A program made the position numbers and the translations under genes. A model generated the notes under the pieces. It did not search any database and had not been told where the DNA came from. It was given only the letters and a program-made list of their open reading frames with translations. DNA of 61,348 nucleotides from Fonticula alba ATCC 38817 (lineage: Eukaryota; Protista; Nucleariida): the NCBI GenBank assembly GCA_000388065.2, contig KB932205.1. One strand, written 5' to 3'. Positions 58,920 through 61,348 of this stretch are shown here, piece by piece (within the stretch, counting starts at the first letter, position 1; each line of letters starts with the position of its first letter).

Positions 58920-61163
58920 TCAGTTGGAGGAGTAGGCGTTGATGCTGGTCAGGTTGGTGGCACCACCCATGGGGGCGCTAGCGCCAGCTGAGGAGGAGGG
59001 GACACCACCACCAGCGGTGTTGATGTTGACCTCGACAACGACCGCCTTGACGAAGCGGTTGGTCGTCGGATCGCTGTAGTCCACACCGAAGCGGAGGATA
59101 TCGCCGGACTTGAGCTGCGGTGGACATGGTGGCGGATATGTTAGCAGGAGTGGAAGGGCAGAGGTGGATGTATGCATGTGTGTGTATGTGTGTGTGTGTG
59201 TGCGCGCGTGTGTGCATGCATGTGTGTGAGTATGTGGGTCCACCAGTGGAAATATACCTTGTGCATGGTGCTCTGCTTGGAAGGGTCTGACAGACGGTTG
59301 TCATTGAGGAAAGTACCACCACGGCTGGCGATGTCTCGGACAAAGATCTCGCCGTTCTGGTTGCTGATCTCGGCGTGGTCACGCGAGACCACCTGCGAGT
59401 CGAAGCCGATGAAGAAGGCATTGCCGCGGGTGTCGTCGGTGTAGCGCCCGATCTTGACGGGGCGCCCAGGCTGGAGCTCCTTCATCACCGAGGGGTAGGT
59501 AGAAAGCTGGGTGACGAGGTAGCCGAGGGAAGTGGGACGGCGAGAGAGGAGGGGGGAACGAAACAAAGAGAGAGAGAGAGATAGATAGATAGATACAGGT
59601 GCATGCAGATGGAGAAGGCAGAGTATGGGAAGTTAGATGGGCGGGACTCCGTTGAAAGGAAAGAAAGAAGCTCGGCGAAGCAGGAGAACACGCACCTTCG
59701 AGTGGAAGGTCACACGGATGGCACCGGAGGCAGGCGGACGCTGGGCACCAGCCGCACCCGGGGGGGTGGTCGTCGAGGCCGACAGGTTGAAGAGGGTGCT
59801 GTCGGCGGAGCCGCCAGCTGGGGGGCTGGCCGCGGCCGGCGCCCCTCCGGAGTTGAGGAAGGAGGACTGCACAAAGCCAGGGTTGCCAGGGCCGCCGTAG
59901 GTGGACACCGAGGCGGTGGGAGAAATGGCCGCACCTGAGAAGGGCACAAAGAGGGACAGGCGAACAGAGAGAGGAGCAAGGTCAGGGCGACGGGAGAAGG
60001 AAATGGCGAGAGCGGCGATCAAGTGTGTGTGCATGTGTGTGTGCATGTGTGTGTGTGTGTGTGTGTGTGCACGGTGGAGAGAGAGAGAGAGAGAGAGAGC
60101 AAGAAACAGCGCCAGAGGGAAGGGGGACTGGAGGCGTACCCGAGTAGGAGCGGATGCGCTCCTGCAGGGCAGAGCTCGGGCCGGAAGCAAGGGCAGCACC
60201 GGCAGCGGTGGCCGCGGCGGTGGGGCTGCCAGCACCAACGGCACCGGCAGCACCACCCATGGTGGAGTTCCGCCCGAGGCTCATGTAGCCGGAGGCACCA
60301 GGCCCACCGAAGGACCCGGCACCGGAGGGAGTGGTCCCGGAGGCGGTGGTCCCGCCGCCCATGGTGCCATAGGGGCCGCCCGGGCCACCCGGACCCATGG
60401 TGCCGTAGGGGTTTGGCCCGCCCATGGTGGAATAGGGGTTGGCGCCGGCGCCCATGGTGCCGTACGGGCCGCCCGGACCGCCCGGACCACCCATGGTGCC
60501 ATAGGGATACATGCCGGCGCCGGCCATGCCGCCAGGGCCGCCCATGGTGCCATACGGACCGCCAGGGCCACCAGGAGCACCGCTCATGGTGCCGTACGGA
60601 TGCATCCCGGCACCCATGGTGCCGTAGGGGTTCATCCCGGCACCCATGGTGCCATAGGGGTTCATCCCGGCACCCATGGTACCATAGGGCCCGGCGGGCG
60701 GGGGAATCCCAGCGCCAGCGGCCCCACCACCGGGAGCACCGGCCGCCGCCGCGGTGTTCATCGTGCCATACGGGCTGGACATGCCGCTGCCGGGAGTCAG
60801 AGCCCCGGGCGGGGGGATGCCAGGGGTGCCGGCACCGGCGGGGGCGCCCATGCCCCCCGGGCCAGGCAGCGAGCCATAGGCACTGGCATGCGCGGCCGGG
60901 AGGCCGCCCGTCGGGGGGAGGGCCTGCGGCAGGGCAGTCGGCGCGGGAGCCGGGGTGGCGGCGGCCGCCGCCGCCGTCGCGCCAGCCGGCGACGGAAGCA
61001 TCGGGTTCCCCATGGACCCCGGCATGGAGGGATCGGACGGGCCGTTGGGCGGGGAAGTGCTCTTGGAAGAGTTCAGCGCCTCCAGAGACACTCGGCTAAG
61101 GGCCGGCGGCACCGGGACGGTGTTCTGCAGGATGAACGCGTCGATGTCCTCGAGAATCGACAT
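58920..61163 (-). CDS. FHA-domain protein (SLMAP/Far9/Dma1-type FHA) with N-terminal PYGTM repeat array, 4 exons
   Basis: Exons 61163-60140, 59934-59696, 59506-59258, 59114-58920. FHA: VKIGR...FDSQVVSRDHAEI...VRDIASRGGTFLNDNRLS...K|LKSGDILRFGVDY. No RING, coiled coil or TM segment follows before the stop. Confidence 0.88.
60355..60776 (-). repeat. Coding repeat array, 11 x PY(G/S)TM, including 30-nt tandem units (NPYGTMGAGM)
   Basis: Recurrent CATGGTGCC(A/G)TA on the + strand; translation shows 10 PYGTM + 1 PYSTM in Gly/Pro spacers. Confidence 0.92.
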
Positions 61164-61348
61164 GATGCCTCTCTTCTGCTGTGTACGCGGGCGGGCGGGG
61201 GACGGGGGGCGGAGGGCTGGAGGGTGAGCGAGGTGGTGGCCAGGCAGGCAGGTAGGCGGGGCACAAGGGGGACGCACAAACTCGCGCGGTGTCGGGCGAA
61301 AAGGGACAGGGAGACTGGCACACGGGCGAGCGGGCGGACCGGCGGGCG

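Noticed and set aside
60355-60776. 30-nt tandem units as a CRISPR or non-coding repeat
   Set aside because: No unique spacers; unit lengths are multiples of 3 with synonymous variation inside an exon, so this is a coding repeat.
1-61348. Hundreds of long overlapping ORFs in the six-frame track (e.g. 1171..4368 +, 5269..7623 +, 24235..25743 -, 29281..31473 +, 35241..37649 -, 50829..52868 -)
   Set aside because: Shadow ORFs of GC-rich coding DNA: R/G/P/A-rich, no domains, and opposite or out of frame to genes with recognisable motifs.

Overview
GC-rich, intron-rich eukaryotic draft-genome window; no prokaryotic features, CRISPR arrays or recognisable transposons. The low-complexity Pro/Gly/Ala-rich proteins, microsatellite-filled introns and gene repertoire suggest an opisthokont protist such as Fonticula alba (inference, not verified). 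Gene models were built by hand from splice sites plus frame continuity. In order: a displaced fragment of the EAF1 gene (1-1070); an orphan last exon of a + strand WD40 gene; EAF1/Vid21 (-); a P4-ATPase flippase (-); tRNA-Ala(AGC) (+); WDR59/Sea3 (-); NOL9/Grc3 (-); RPAP2/Rtr1 (+); WRAP73/WDR8 (+); a DExH RNA helicase with three degenerate dsRBD-like modules (+); an unidentified SP/TP-rich gene (-); PTRHD1 (+); and an SLMAP/Dma1-type FHA protein carrying 11 PY(G/S)TM repeats (-). The window has seven N gaps (1071-1080, 3736-4326, 42112-42328, 43192-44020, 45947-45993, 54187-54862, 55549-55623) and two kinds of assembly artefact: a misplaced contig, and two Illumina adapter remnants creating false tandem duplications. 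Most long ORFs in the six-frame track are GC-driven shadow ORFs or intron read-throughs. The most interesting observations are the FHA protein that carries an array of its putative ligand motif, the absence of A at +4 in all splice donors placed, the triple-dsRBD helicase, and a 10-nt microexon.
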